From assembly GCA_965208125.1 (NCBI GenBank), contig OZ242320.1, positions 960,001 through 1,024,000 on the forward strand: DNA of 64,000 bases. The letters are read 5' to 3'. Below the pieces are notes generated by a model. The model was not told where the DNA came from and ran no database searches. It was given only the letters and a program-made list of their open reading frames with translations. This document shows, in pieces, positions 19,053 to 29,600 of this stretch. Position numbers and translations under genes: made by a program. Every line of letters begins with the position of its first letter. Position 1 is the stretch's first letter. This DNA comes from Candidatus Latescibacterota bacterium (GTDB lineage: Bacteria; Latescibacterota; UBA2968).

Positions 19053-20351
19053 TCAATCACTCCCACCTGTGAAATAGCTCTTGGTACCCTTAGCTTGCAC
19101 CGCATCACCGATTCGGTTCAAAGCGTGGACATAAGCCGCCGTACGCTGAGAAATACCCTGTGTCTGGGCAATATCCCAAACGCGCTCTGTCTCCTCGATC
19201 ATCTTCTGTTTCAGCCGCTGATTGACCTCATCCAGAGTCCAGTACAGACCCTGGCGATTCTGCACCCACTCAAAATAACTCACAGTCACACCGCCAGCAT
19301 TGACCAGAATATCGGGAAACACCACCACATCCCGCCCACGCAAAATCTCGTCCGCCTCCGGAGTAGTTGGACCATTTGCCAGTTCGTACACCGCCCGCGC
19401 CTTAATATCGCGGGCATTCGACGCTGTAATCTGGTTCTCCAGCGCCGCAGGAGCCAGAATATCGACATCGAGCGCGAGCAATTCCTCGTTGGTAATCGTC
19501 TCGTGATCGACCGCATTGCACACACTGCCCTCGCAATAAACAGCCTTAAGCGCGCGAGTCGAATCCTTGAACTGCCGCACACTGGGAACATCAAGACCCT
19601 CTCGCCGATATATCCCACCCCTCGAATCGCTCACCGCCACCACCTTGTAACCGGCGTTAAAAAGCAACTCGGCAATAATAGCTCCGGCATTGCCAAAACC
19701 CTGCACTGCCACAGTCGTCGTAGCGGGCGAGCCACTCAACCCAAGCCTGGGCAAAGTCGCTTCCATCGTAAAAAAGGCACCCATAGCAGTTGCCTTGTCC
19801 CTGCCGAGACTCCCCCCCATAGTCAAAGGCTTACCAGTAATCACCGCCGGCGCAATCTGCCGCTTGATAATGCTATACTGATCCACCATCCAGCCCATAA
19901 TCATCTCATTGGTATAAACATCTGGCGCTGGAATATCGACATCCGGACCAATGAAATCGGCCACCGCATCGATATACCCCCGACTGAGCCGTTCCAGTTC
20001 AAAAGGAGACAGCGACTTGGGATCAACCGTTATGCCGCCTTTTCCCCCACCGAAAGGCAAATTGGCCACCGCACATTTGAAAGTCATCCAAAAAGCCAGA
20101 GACTGCACCTCGTCAATAGACACATCTGGATGAAAGCGAATACCCCCTTTGGTGGGACCTCGCGTATCGTCGTAGCGCACCCGGTAGCCCGGAAAGATAC
20201 GCAACTCGCCGTTATCCATCCGCACCGGGATAGAAACTTTCAAACTCGACCTGGGCAATTTGAGCCGCTCAATAGCCTCCTCAGAAATAGAAGCATAAGC
20301 AAGAGCTTCATCGAGACGTTGGCTGGCATCGCTGAACAATGACTGGGACAT
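19053..20351 (-). CDS. gdhA: Glu/Leu/Phe/Val dehydrogenase (glutamate dehydrogenase)
   Basis: GPTKGGIRF, FGGGKGG, DIPAPD, QGFGNAG, NAGGVTVSYFEWVQN. Confidence 0.95.
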   Translation of the reverse strand: MSQSLFSDASQRLDEALAYASISEEAIERLKLPRSSLKVSIPVRMDNGELRIFPGYRVRYDDTRGPTKGGIRFHPDVSIDEVQSLAFWMTFKCAVANLPFGGGKGGITVDPKSLSPFELERLSRGYIDAVADFIGPDVDIPAPDVYTNEMIMGWMVDQYSIIKRQIAPAVITGKPLTMGGSLGRDKATAMGAFFTMEATLPRLGLSGSPATTTVAVQGFGNAGAIIAELLFNAGYKVVAVSDSRGGIYRREGLDVPSVRQFKDSTRALKAVYCEGSVCNAVDHETITNEELLALDVDILAPAALENQITASNARDIKARAVYELANGPTTPEADEILRGRDVVVFPDILVNAGGVTVSYFEWVQNRQGLYWTLDEVNQRLKQKMIEETERVWDIAQTQGISQRTAAYVHALNRIGDAVQAKGTKSYFTGGSD

Positions 20352-20425
20352 CGTACATCCTCCCCAAAGAGAAAGCCGTCAGGGATATATCCTGACGGCC
20401 ATGAAATCATCAATAAATTTCAAAG

Positions 20426-20863
20426 TCACTCATCGTCATCTGTAGAAATGGGCAAATCTTCGCGCTTCAAAACGCGGCGGGGCCGGCTACGCTGTTGGGG
20501 TGTGCGCTCGAGCCGTTCCTGAACCTGCACCGTATAACGCGCCGTGGGCATAGCCTCGAGCCGCATGGGATGAATGGGTTCACCGGATTCTTCGCAGAAT
20601 CCATAAGTTCGATTCTCAATTTTTTGCAAGGCATTGTCAATCTCGGCCAATTCGATCCGCTCGTGGTTGCCCAGCGTCGTCATCAACTCCAGCGACGACG
20701 CATTGCCCGCCGCATCGAGCGGATCGGCGGCGACATCGCTTCTAATTTCATCGAGATCCTCATCTTGACTGAGCACTTGCTTGAGCAACTCGCGCTTGCG
20801 CTCAGTCAAAATCTTTTTATAAAACGCGAGCTGTTCATCACTCAAAGGTTCATGCTTTGTCAT
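20426..20863 (-). CDS. dksA: DksA/TraR family protein, single-Cys (zinc-free type)
   Basis: Coiled coil with DPLDAA tip; YGFCEESGEPI...RLEAMPTARYTV. Confidence 0.85.
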   Translation of the reverse strand: MTKHEPLSDEQLAFYKKILTERKRELLKQVLSQDEDLDEIRSDVAADPLDAAGNASSLELMTTLGNHERIELAEIDNALQKIENRTYGFCEESGEPIHPMRLEAMPTARYTVQVQERLERTPQQRSRPRRVLKREDLPISTDDDE

Positions 20864-20988
20864 TACCTATTGGTCCTCTTTTTGTTTCCCAGAAATCTGC
20901 TCCCCATAAATTTGTCCGCAATTATATGTCAGAGGTAAAATAATGTCAAGTCTTGCAAAACAAGAAATAAATCGCGTCTCCAGATATC

Positions 20989-22698
20989 CTATCCCCCAAG
21001 CCCAGCCAAAAAATCCTCTACAGAAAGTGCATTGAGCACACCATCAGCCGTCAGACCACCCTTTCTGGCAATCCCCAACCCAAAGCACATATCTTTCAGC
21101 CCCTCCACACTGTGGGCATCTGTATTAATCGGGACTTGCACGCCCTTCTCCCGCGCATAAGATAAAAATCGCCAATCCAACTCCAAACGCGCGGGATTGG
21201 CATTGATCTCAATTGCCGTACGCGCCTCAGCCGCGGCATCAATCACAGCCTTCATATTGAGCGGATACCCCTCGCGAGACAATAACAAACGGCCTGATGG
21301 ATGCCCCAAAATATCGACATGGGGATTCTGAACAGCGCGAACCAACCGATTCGTAGCCTCTTGTTCAGTCATTGAAAACTTCGAATGCACAGACGCAACC
21401 ACCAGATCGAACTCAGACAAAAATTCATCGTCAAAATCCAACCCTCCATCGCTCACAATATCCACCTCAATACCCTTCAACACCCGAATACCTTCCATCG
21501 CATCATTGACCCGATCAATCTCATCCCACTGCAACCGAACGCGATCTTCATTCAGCCCATTGGCATAAGCCGCGGCCTTGCTGTGATCGCAAATACCGAT
21601 ATACGTATAACCCAGCGCCTTTGCCGCCCGCGCCATGTCCTCCACGCTATGCCTTCCATCGCTATACGTCGTGTGTACATGAAGCGTACCCTTCAGATCG
21701 GATTGCGCGACCAACTCGGGCAGTGGCGCTTGTGCAGCGCATTCAATCTCATCTCGTCCCTCCCGCAACTCGGGCGGAATATAATGCAAACCCAACGCGC
21801 TAAACAACGCTTTCTCATCGGCACAAATCGCGTTTTCATCCCCCTTGAACAACCCGTATTCATTGAGCTTCATACCCCGGTCTTTTGCCCGCTGTCGCAT
21901 CGCGGTATTGTGTTCTTTGCTCCCCGTAAAATGGTGCAATGCATAGGGAAACGCCTCATCTGCCACAATCCTCAAATCCGCGCGCATGCCCGAATCCAAC
22001 ACAACACTCACCTTTGTCTCACCCTGTCCCGTAACCTCCGCCACGCCGGGATACGCGACAAAAGCCCCGGCAAGTGCGCCCCCGTCTTTCGCGCTCGCAA
22101 CAATATCCACATCCTTGCTCGTCTCCATACATCGCCGCACACTGCCCGCCACCTTCAGACGCATCACCCCCGGTTGATCCGACAGATAAGCCCGCAAAGC
22201 CTCTGCTTCATCCCGCGCCGTACGGCTCAAAAATCGCCCGCGGTGTTGCTGCAAATAAGACACCCCTCGCAAAATACTCTCAGCGGTCTTCTTCCCGAAC
22301 CCACGCAATTTTTCTACCTCACCCGCCTCGCATGCCTTTGCCAGCGCATCCACATCGGCAATACCCAATTGCTCGTAAATAGACCGCACCCGTTTCGCCC
22401 CCAAACCGGGCACCTCAATCATCTCCAACAACCCTTCGGGCAACGCGGAACGCAAATCGCCCAGACCCGGCAACTGCCCCGTATCAATAAGGATTGCGAT
22501 ATTCTCCGCCATCTTCGCGCCAATACCGCGCACAGATTCCAATTCACCGCGCGCGCTCAAATCCGAAGCGGACTCTTGCAACAACTCAATCTGCCGCGCT
22601 GCATTGACATAAGACCGAATGCGAAATTCATTATCGCCATTCAATTCCATCAGCGTAGTCATCTCTTCCAATGCCGCGGCAATATCTTTATTATCCAT
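20989..22698 (-). CDS. polX: DNA polymerase/3'-5' exonuclease PolX (PolX + PHP)
   Basis: HhH GIG/GLG/GFG motifs, AGSVRR...KDVD, HFTGSKEHN; PHP HVHT..SDG, DHS, GHP, NTDAH. Confidence 0.95.
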   Translation of the reverse strand: MDNKDIAAALEEMTTLMELNGDNEFRIRSYVNAARQIELLQESASDLSARGELESVRGIGAKMAENIAILIDTGQLPGLGDLRSALPEGLLEMIEVPGLGAKRVRSIYEQLGIADVDALAKACEAGEVEKLRGFGKKTAESILRGVSYLQQHRGRFLSRTARDEAEALRAYLSDQPGVMRLKVAGSVRRCMETSKDVDIVASAKDGGALAGAFVAYPGVAEVTGQGETKVSVVLDSGMRADLRIVADEAFPYALHHFTGSKEHNTAMRQRAKDRGMKLNEYGLFKGDENAICADEKALFSALGLHYIPPELREGRDEIECAAQAPLPELVAQSDLKGTLHVHTTYSDGRHSVEDMARAAKALGYTYIGICDHSKAAAYANGLNEDRVRLQWDEIDRVNDAMEGIRVLKGIEVDIVSDGGLDFDDEFLSEFDLVVASVHSKFSMTEQEATNRLVRAVQNPHVDILGHPSGRLLLSREGYPLNMKAVIDAAAEARTAIEINANPARLELDWRFLSYAREKGVQVPINTDAHSVEGLKDMCFGLGIARKGGLTADGVLNALSVEDFLAGLGG

Positions 22699-22808
22699 TC
22701 AAAACCACCGGGAAATGTAGTGGACATTTGGCAATCTACATGGTTATTTTACCTTCAATCGCCTGCGTCAAAGTTTGGAGAATATAGATACAGAATGGAG
22801 CTAAGTCA

Positions 22809-23837
22809 ATGAACCAAACCACAAAAATCGCCATCGTCGGACTGGGGCGCATCGGCTGGCGATTTCACTTTCAGCAAGCCCTCTCATCCGACCAATTTGA
22901 ACTCACCGCCGTTGTCGATCCCCTGCCCGAACGCTTATCCGAAGCACGCGCAGCAGCGGGTTGTGAAACCCACACCGATTTTGAATCTCTCTGGTCCGGC
23001 CCATCGCCCGACGTGGTCGCCATTGCCACGCCGACCACATTGCACGAAGACATGACCATTCGCGCCCTCAATGAAGGTTGTCACGTCATCCTCGAAAAAC
23101 CCATGACCACCTCCCTCGCCTCGGCAGATCGCATGATCGCCCAGGCCGAAAAGAACAACCGCCGCATCTTTCTCTATCAACCCCATCGCCTCACACCCGA
23201 AACGCAAACCGCGCGAGAAATTATTCAAAGCGGCATGCTGGGACCCATCTACGCCATACACCGGGGCGTATATCGCTATGTGCGCCGAAACGACTGGCAG
23301 AGCTTGCGGAAAAACGGCGGCGGCATGCTCAACAACTACGGCGCGCATTACCTCGACCAACTCATCTATCTCTCGGACGACTCGGCAATCACAGAAGTCG
23401 ATTGCAAACGCTGGGCAATTGCCACCCGGGGGGATGCCGACGACGTAGTCAAAGCCTGGGTAAAAAAAGACTCTGGACAACTCTTAGACGTGCATATCAA
23501 TCAGGCCACTGCTCACATCATGCCCCTCTGGCATATCTGTGGAAAATACGGCACAGCCATCCGCGACGACAACGTATTCAAAGTACGATACTACGACCCC
23601 GCAGAAGCACCCCCGCTAAACGTCGTCGAAGGCGCGGCACCCGAACGCAGCTACGACAATAAGGACCGATTGCCCTGGCGTGAAGAAGATATCCCGATCA
23701 CCCGGGACAAACAGCGCGACTTCTACGCCAACATCTACGACGTAATCGTCAACAACGCCACGCCCTATATACGCATAGAAGAATCGCGCGAACTCATGCG
23801 CGTCATGGACTTATGCCGCCAAAGTGCCAAATTCTGA
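22809..23837 (+). CDS. Gfo/Idh/MocA oxidoreductase
   Basis: GLGRIG, EKP, GGGMLNNYGAHYLD. Confidence 0.92.
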   Translation: MNQTTKIAIVGLGRIGWRFHFQQALSSDQFELTAVVDPLPERLSEARAAAGCETHTDFESLWSGPSPDVVAIATPTTLHEDMTIRALNEGCHVILEKPMTTSLASADRMIAQAEKNNRRIFLYQPHRLTPETQTAREIIQSGMLGPIYAIHRGVYRYVRRNDWQSLRKNGGGMLNNYGAHYLDQLIYLSDDSAITEVDCKRWAIATRGDADDVVKAWVKKDSGQLLDVHINQATAHIMPLWHICGKYGTAIRDDNVFKVRYYDPAEAPPLNVVEGAAPERSYDNKDRLPWREEDIPITRDKQRDFYANIYDVIVNNATPYIRIEESRELMRVMDLCRQSAKF

Positions 23838-23919
23838 TCAGGATGTGCCGGATTAAAGGATATACAGGATAAAATCCGTAGATCGAACCAACGATACAAT
23901 CAAACTATCAGGAGACACG

Positions 23920-24774
23920 ATGAAACTTTCACTCACCTCTGTCATGCTTCCCCGATGGGATTTGGAAACCACATTCAAAAAATTGGAAAAACACGGTTAC
24001 GAAGGCATTGAACTCCGCTGCCGATACAATCCCGAAGACCCCAATGCCGAATTGTTCTATTGGGGACGCCACCTCACGGATGTCAGCCCAGACAATATCC
24101 TGGACAAGGCAGCGCAGATACGCGACCTCTCAAACCAAACCGGCGTGCGCGTTTGCACCCTCGCATCCAATTTCACTTATGATAAGATCGAAATCATCGA
24201 AAAAATATTCAAAGGCGCGCGTGCAATCGACTCCGATAACCCACCCCTCATTCGCGTTGGTGCCCAGAGCCACGACCGCCAGGCGCCCTATATTCCCCAA
24301 TTCCTCAAAGCGCGCGCGAGTTTTGCCGACCTGGTCGAAATGGCGCGCGATTACGGCGTCAAAATCATCTATGAAATTCACGTTGGCACCATCGCTGTGA
24401 GCGCATCTCGCACCATCGCCCTCTTAGAAAACCTCGATCCCAATCACATCGGTGCCATCTGGGATGTGCCCAACATGATCCGCGTGGGACTTGAAGACAG
24501 CAAAATGGGCCTCGAACTACTCGGCCCGTATCTCGCCCATGTACACATCGGCAATGCCACACCTGTGCAAACCGAGCGCGACGAGACCGGAAGCATGCAA
24601 TGGGAATGGAATTTTAGCGACCTGCGAGAAGGCATGGCAGATATTCCCCAAATTATCCAGGACCTCAAAGACGTCGGATATCGGGGTTATATCTCACTTG
24701 AAGAATTTGGTCCCGGCGATGACGAAGAAAAAATCAGTTCCCAGGGCAACTATTTGAAATCCCTCATCAATTAA
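23920..24774 (+). CDS. Sugar phosphate isomerase/epimerase (xylose isomerase-like TIM barrel)
   Basis: GYEGIEL, YEIH, WDVPN, HVHI, GYRGYISLE. Confidence 0.85.
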   Translation: MKLSLTSVMLPRWDLETTFKKLEKHGYEGIELRCRYNPEDPNAELFYWGRHLTDVSPDNILDKAAQIRDLSNQTGVRVCTLASNFTYDKIEIIEKIFKGARAIDSDNPPLIRVGAQSHDRQAPYIPQFLKARASFADLVEMARDYGVKIIYEIHVGTIAVSASRTIALLENLDPNHIGAIWDVPNMIRVGLEDSKMGLELLGPYLAHVHIGNATPVQTERDETGSMQWEWNFSDLREGMADIPQIIQDLKDVGYRGYISLEEFGPGDDEEKISSQGNYLKSLIN

Positions 24775-24787
24775 CAAGGAGCACACT

Positions 24788-25678
24788 ATGGTCCCCCTCA
24801 TCAGCAGTCTCGTCTATGGCCCGCTCGGCGCGTGTCAATTGCCCCGCACATGGTGGAAAGTACTCACGCGCAACGCCGGTATTTTAGACGACGAATACCC
24901 CGACATGACGGATAATGGCCTCGACCCCCGTGTACTGCGCGCATTGAATCTGGATATCGAAACCACATTGGCCTACTTGCGCGAAAACATGCCCTCATAC
25001 CTCGAATTTGAAGCGTGGATACTCGAACAGAGAGGCGACGACTTCTGGGGCTTTGAACAGCAAGACGCCATCGTCCGATGGAACGCGTTTATCCGCGCAC
25101 GGCGACACCGCGGGGAAAAAATCGAAGAAACGTACACAGACACGGGTCTGCCGCAGGATGCGGGCATTGATTCTGCAACCGTACTCAACTGCCTTCAGGA
25201 TTTGCAGTTATTTTACAAGCGCGACCTGTCCGAACTCAGCGGAAACATCGTCCCACTCGTCGCCACAATCGACTACGGACCCCTCGGCGTACGCCAGTTG
25301 CCCCGCACCTGGTACAAAATCCTCCTCAAAGCAAAAGGCCTGCTACACCCCGACTATCCCGACATGACAGAGAGCGGCCTGGACCCCCGCGTACTGCACG
25401 CATTAAATCTGGACATCGACGCCACATTAAACCACATCCGCACAAACCTGCCGTCCTATCTCGAATTTGAAGGCTGGGTACTCGAACAGTGCGGCGGTCA
25501 AATTCCCGTACAAGCCGTTGGCGAATGGAACGACTACTTGTGCAATCGCATCCACAACGACGCCAAACGCGCAGAAATCCGCGCAACCGTGGGATGTGGC
25601 GACATATCCTCAGCCGTCGTACTCAACCACATCGAAGACTGGCATCTGGCACACCAGTGGCTCTTAAGTGCCGTGTGA
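24788..25678 (+). CDS. Tandem-domain protein (DUF5069-like, two copies)
   Basis: Both halves carry GPLG..QLPRTW.K...YPDMT..GLDPRVL.ALNLDI...PSYLEFE.W. Confidence 0.65.
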   Translation: MVPLISSLVYGPLGACQLPRTWWKVLTRNAGILDDEYPDMTDNGLDPRVLRALNLDIETTLAYLRENMPSYLEFEAWILEQRGDDFWGFEQQDAIVRWNAFIRARRHRGEKIEETYTDTGLPQDAGIDSATVLNCLQDLQLFYKRDLSELSGNIVPLVATIDYGPLGVRQLPRTWYKILLKAKGLLHPDYPDMTESGLDPRVLHALNLDIDATLNHIRTNLPSYLEFEGWVLEQCGGQIPVQAVGEWNDYLCNRIHNDAKRAEIRATVGCGDISSAVVLNHIEDWHLAHQWLLSAV

Positions 25679-25693
25679 AAAGGAGAGAAGACA

Positions 25694-26803
25694 ATGTCTA
25701 TCGAACTCGGCGAATTGTCCAATGGCGTGGCACTCACACAGGTGACCACAGACACGCATGACAAATCCAACATCTACTGCGAACTGCCCTACTGCTCTGC
25801 TGACTCGCGCGTCTTTATCTATGAGCAGAAAAATTCAGACACCGCGCCCAACACCACCGAATACGTCGCCTGCGAATTTGGCACATGGGAAACCGAAGTC
25901 ATCGGTCGCGGTCTGGGCGGACCTGGCATGACCCACAGCGGCATCTTCTTTTATCGGCGCATTGTCCCTAACAAATGTCAGGAACTCGTACGCGTTGACC
26001 TTCGCACGGGCAAACAGCGCGTCATCCATGAATTTCCCGAAGACCTTCAAACGCGCGGCCTGGGCACCCTATCCCCCGATGAACGCTATTACGCTTATGG
26101 CGTCACCATCAGCTATCACCCCAAAATGTTTGGCATTGAACTCGTCGATCTCGAAAAGGGAACGCGAGAAATCATCAACACCGACCCCGACATCTGCAAT
26201 CCCCACACGCAATTTGAACCCACAGAAGGCAAACAAATTATGGTTCAACACAACCGGGGCTGCGAATTTAAACCCGATGGCACCCGCGTCAAACTCGTCG
26301 GAGACGAAGGCGCCACCGAATACCTCGTCGATATACCCGACGGCAAAGTCACGCGCCTTCAGGTCGGCCCACCCCATACGCCGGGCATCACCGGGCACGA
26401 AGCCTGGATCGCGGGTGCGAATGAAATCCTCCTATCCGTCCGCGCCGAAGGCGAGTACGCACCCGACAAAGGCAACCTCGTCAAAGTATCGGCAAACAAA
26501 CCCGCGGAGCGCGTCGGCACGCCGGGCTATCGCTTCAACCACGTCGGCACCTCCCCGTGTGGTCAATACTTCTTCTGCGACGACTGGCAGGGTGCCAGCA
26601 AACTCGTCGTCGGCAATATCCAAACCGGCAAAACCGCAGTCGTATGCGAAGCCCATACATCCATGAGCACCGCGCAAAACACACACGGGCATCCCTATCT
26701 CTCGCCCGACCTCAAATGGCTCGTCTTCAACTCCGACCGCTCGGGTCATCCCCAGATCCACGTCGCATCCGTGCCGTCTGATCTTATCGCACAGTTGAAT
26801 TAA
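25694..26803 (+). CDS. Oligogalacturonate lyase-like / TolB-like beta-propeller
   Basis: [41 protein letters not shown]. Confidence 0.7.
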   Translation: MSIELGELSNGVALTQVTTDTHDKSNIYCELPYCSADSRVFIYEQKNSDTAPNTTEYVACEFGTWETEVIGRGLGGPGMTHSGIFFYRRIVPNKCQELVRVDLRTGKQRVIHEFPEDLQTRGLGTLSPDERYYAYGVTISYHPKMFGIELVDLEKGTREIINTDPDICNPHTQFEPTEGKQIMVQHNRGCEFKPDGTRVKLVGDEGATEYLVDIPDGKVTRLQVGPPHTPGITGHEAWIAGANEILLSVRAEGEYAPDKGNLVKVSANKPAERVGTPGYRFNHVGTSPCGQYFFCDDWQGASKLVVGNIQTGKTAVVCEAHTSMSTAQNTHGHPYLSPDLKWLVFNSDRSGHPQIHVASVPSDLIAQLN

Positions 26804-26828
26804 AAAACCACAACCCAAAGGAGAACGC

Positions 26829-28232
26829 ATGAGCGAAAGACCCAATATCCTATTTATCATGACCGATGATCATGCATCGCATGCCATGAGTTGTTATAAC
26901 AGTCGGATTAACGAAACGCCCAACCTGGACCGCATCGCAGAAGGTGGTATGCGCTTTAACAACTGCTTTTGCACCAACTCAATATGTGCGCCGAGTCGGG
27001 CGGTAATCTTAACCGGAACGTACAATCACATCAACGGCGTAACCACATTGCGCACGAACCTGGACGGGCGACAGGTCACATTTCCCAAACTCCTGCAAGC
27101 CGCGGGATATCAAACTGCAATGGTAGGTAAATGGCATCTCGGACACGGCGGGCACAATGACCCTACCGGATTTGACTACTGGAATGTACTCCCCGGCCAG
27201 GGCGCGTATCACAACCCCATGATGTACGACATGGGCAAAGAAGTACACTACGAAGGATACACCACAGACATCATAACCGACCTCGCACTCGACTGGTTAA
27301 AAGACCGCGACAAAAACAGACCATTCATGCTCATGTATCACCACAAAGCACCTCATCGCCCCTGGGAGCCGGACGACAAACACGCGGACATGTACGAAGA
27401 CATCGACATCCCGGAACCCGAAACCCTGTGGGACGACTACAGCAACCGCGCCACAGCCGCATCGCAGGCTGAAATGCGCGTCAACCGGGACCTGAATCCC
27501 CGCGACCTGAAACAGCCCGTACCCGAAGGCTTGACCCCCGAAGAAGACATGAGATGGAAATACCAGCGCTACATCAAAGACTACCTGCGCTGCGTGGCAT
27601 CCGTCGATGACAATGTCGGCCGCGTACTGGACTATCTGGACGAAGAAGACCTGACGGACAACACCATCGTCGTCTATACATCTGACCAGGGCTTTTACCT
27701 GGGCGACCACGGCTGGTACGACAAACGCTTTATGTACGAAGAATCCCTCCGCATGCCATTCCTCATCCGGTACTCCAAAGAAATCAAACCCGGCAGTGTA
27801 TGCGACGACATGATCCTCAACGTAGATTTCGCATCCACATTCCTGGACTATGCCGGCATAAACATCCCCAGCCATTTTCAAGGACACAGCATGCGCCCCC
27901 TGTTAAATGGCGACCGCCCCGCCTACTGGCGCGCCTCAATGTATTACCGCTATTGGATGCACCTCAACGGACACAACATCTACGCGCACTACGGCGTCAG
28001 AACGCATCGGCACAAACTCATCTACTATTACGCCGACGGATGTGGGCAGGAAGGCGCCTCGGACGACGCCAGAGAACCAGAATGGGAATTATTTGACCTG
28101 GACAAAGACCCGTATGAACTGAACAGCGTCTATCACAATCCAGAATACGCAGAAATAGTCGCCGAACTAAAAGACGAACTCCACCGCTTGCAAGATGAAG
28201 TGGGAGATGAGCGGTATGAAAAAGACGTGTAA
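26829..28232 (+). CDS. Sulfatase (N-acetylglucosamine-6-sulfatase-like)
   Basis: [35 protein letters not shown]. Confidence 0.93.
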   Translation: MSERPNILFIMTDDHASHAMSCYNSRINETPNLDRIAEGGMRFNNCFCTNSICAPSRAVILTGTYNHINGVTTLRTNLDGRQVTFPKLLQAAGYQTAMVGKWHLGHGGHNDPTGFDYWNVLPGQGAYHNPMMYDMGKEVHYEGYTTDIITDLALDWLKDRDKNRPFMLMYHHKAPHRPWEPDDKHADMYEDIDIPEPETLWDDYSNRATAASQAEMRVNRDLNPRDLKQPVPEGLTPEEDMRWKYQRYIKDYLRCVASVDDNVGRVLDYLDEEDLTDNTIVVYTSDQGFYLGDHGWYDKRFMYEESLRMPFLIRYSKEIKPGSVCDDMILNVDFASTFLDYAGINIPSHFQGHSMRPLLNGDRPAYWRASMYYRYWMHLNGHNIYAHYGVRTHRHKLIYYYADGCGQEGASDDAREPEWELFDLDKDPYELNSVYHNPEYAEIVAELKDELHRLQDEVGDERYEKDV

Positions 28233-28244
28233 GAGGAGCGTTTA

Positions 28245-29591
28245 ATGCCTAATGTCGTATTCATCATGACCGACAACCAGGGGGCATGGACCCTGGGCTG
28301 TTATGGCAATCCGGATATCCGAACCCCCAACATCGATAGACTTGCAAATGAGGGAATTCGGTTTTCAAACGCCTACTGCGTAAACTCGGTCTGCTCGCCC
28401 AGCCGCGCCACATTTATGACCGGACTGATCCCCTCCCAGCACGGCGTACACTGTTACCTCGGCGGAGAAAAGCCAGACGCACAGATGGGACCAGACGCGT
28501 ACTGCACCATTCGGGAATTTACAAACCTCCCCCGCGTCATGGCAGACGCGGGCTATGTATGCGGACTGAGCGGAAAATGGCATCTGGGAGACAGCCTGCG
28601 GCCCCAGGAGGGATTTTCATACTGGTTTACCCGGCCAAAGGGACACACCACCACATTTTACGACGACGAATGGATCTGGCAGAACCGGGTTTATACAGAA
28701 CCGCGATACACAACCGAAGCCATAACAGAACACGCCCTGAAATTCCTGCAACAAAACCACCACCAGCCGTTCTTTCTCTATGTCGCGTACAACGGTCCCT
28801 ACGGCCTGGGAAAAAGCATGTTGGAAACACATCTCAACCGACATACCGAATACTACGCGGACAAAGAACTGCTGAGCTTCCCCAGAGAGCCAGTGCATCC
28901 GTGGTTACGCAGCAACCGGGACATGATCAACAACCCGGTAAGCATTCGCGGATATGCCGCAGCGGTAAGCGGAGTAGATGATGGGGTAGGCGAAATAACA
29001 AACGCCTTAAAAGAATACGGCCTGGAAGAAGACACCCTGGTAATTTTCACAGCAGATCAGGGCTGGTGCGGCGGACACCACGGAATGTGGGGCATGGGAG
29101 ACCACTCCCGACCCCTGCATACATTTGAAGAAACCATCCACATCCCGCTGATATTCCACCAGCCCGGACGGATACCGGCGGGCGGGATATTTGAAGGGCG
29201 AACATGCAACTACGATTTTTTCCCATCCGTACTGGACCATCTGGAATTGCGGGATCGAATTGCCGACAACCCCAATCTCCCGGGCGTGAGTTATGCCCCA
29301 GCACTTATAGGAGAGGAAATAGCATGGAATAATGAGATATTCCACGAATTTGAAAACACACGCCTGGTGCGAAATGACCGCTGGAAATACACCTGGCGCC
29401 ATCCAGATGGCCCGGATGAACTATACGACATGCTGGCAGACCCAGAAGAACGCAACAACCTGGCAAATAATTCCCACGCAAAAGTCATTAACGAATATCG
29501 CAACCGCATCCAGAACTTCTTTAACCAGTATGCAGACCCTCAGTACGATCTGTGGCGCGGCGGGCACTCCAAAGCGGGGCGAATAAGATAA
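28245..29591 (+). CDS. Sulfatase
   Basis: PNVVFIMTDN, CSPSR, GKWHLG, ADQG. Confidence 0.92.
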   Translation: MPNVVFIMTDNQGAWTLGCYGNPDIRTPNIDRLANEGIRFSNAYCVNSVCSPSRATFMTGLIPSQHGVHCYLGGEKPDAQMGPDAYCTIREFTNLPRVMADAGYVCGLSGKWHLGDSLRPQEGFSYWFTRPKGHTTTFYDDEWIWQNRVYTEPRYTTEAITEHALKFLQQNHHQPFFLYVAYNGPYGLGKSMLETHLNRHTEYYADKELLSFPREPVHPWLRSNRDMINNPVSIRGYAAAVSGVDDGVGEITNALKEYGLEEDTLVIFTADQGWCGGHHGMWGMGDHSRPLHTFEETIHIPLIFHQPGRIPAGGIFEGRTCNYDFFPSVLDHLELRDRIADNPNLPGVSYAPALIGEEIAWNNEIFHEFENTRLVRNDRWKYTWRHPDGPDELYDMLADPEERNNLANNSHAKVINEYRNRIQNFFNQYADPQYDLWRGGHSKAGRIR

Positions 29592-29600
29592 CGGGACCGC

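Noticed and set aside
19034-19108. N-terminal extension of the R-M enzyme (also the extended starts of korA, dgoD, FIST, GNAT and SDR genes)
   Set aside because: The extensions overlap neighbouring genes or repeats; downstream ATGs, most with a clear RBS, fit better
22713-22729. AAATGT-N5-ACATTT inverted repeat upstream of polX as an SOS-type operator
   Set aside because: Single short occurrence; no second copy found upstream of other repair genes in the window
19095-22812. Long antisense ORFs (415 aa, 475 aa; also 3310-4392, 44284-45246, 47642-48592, 61563-62945)
   Set aside because: Shadow frames opposite well-supported genes, explained by codon bias; no motifs
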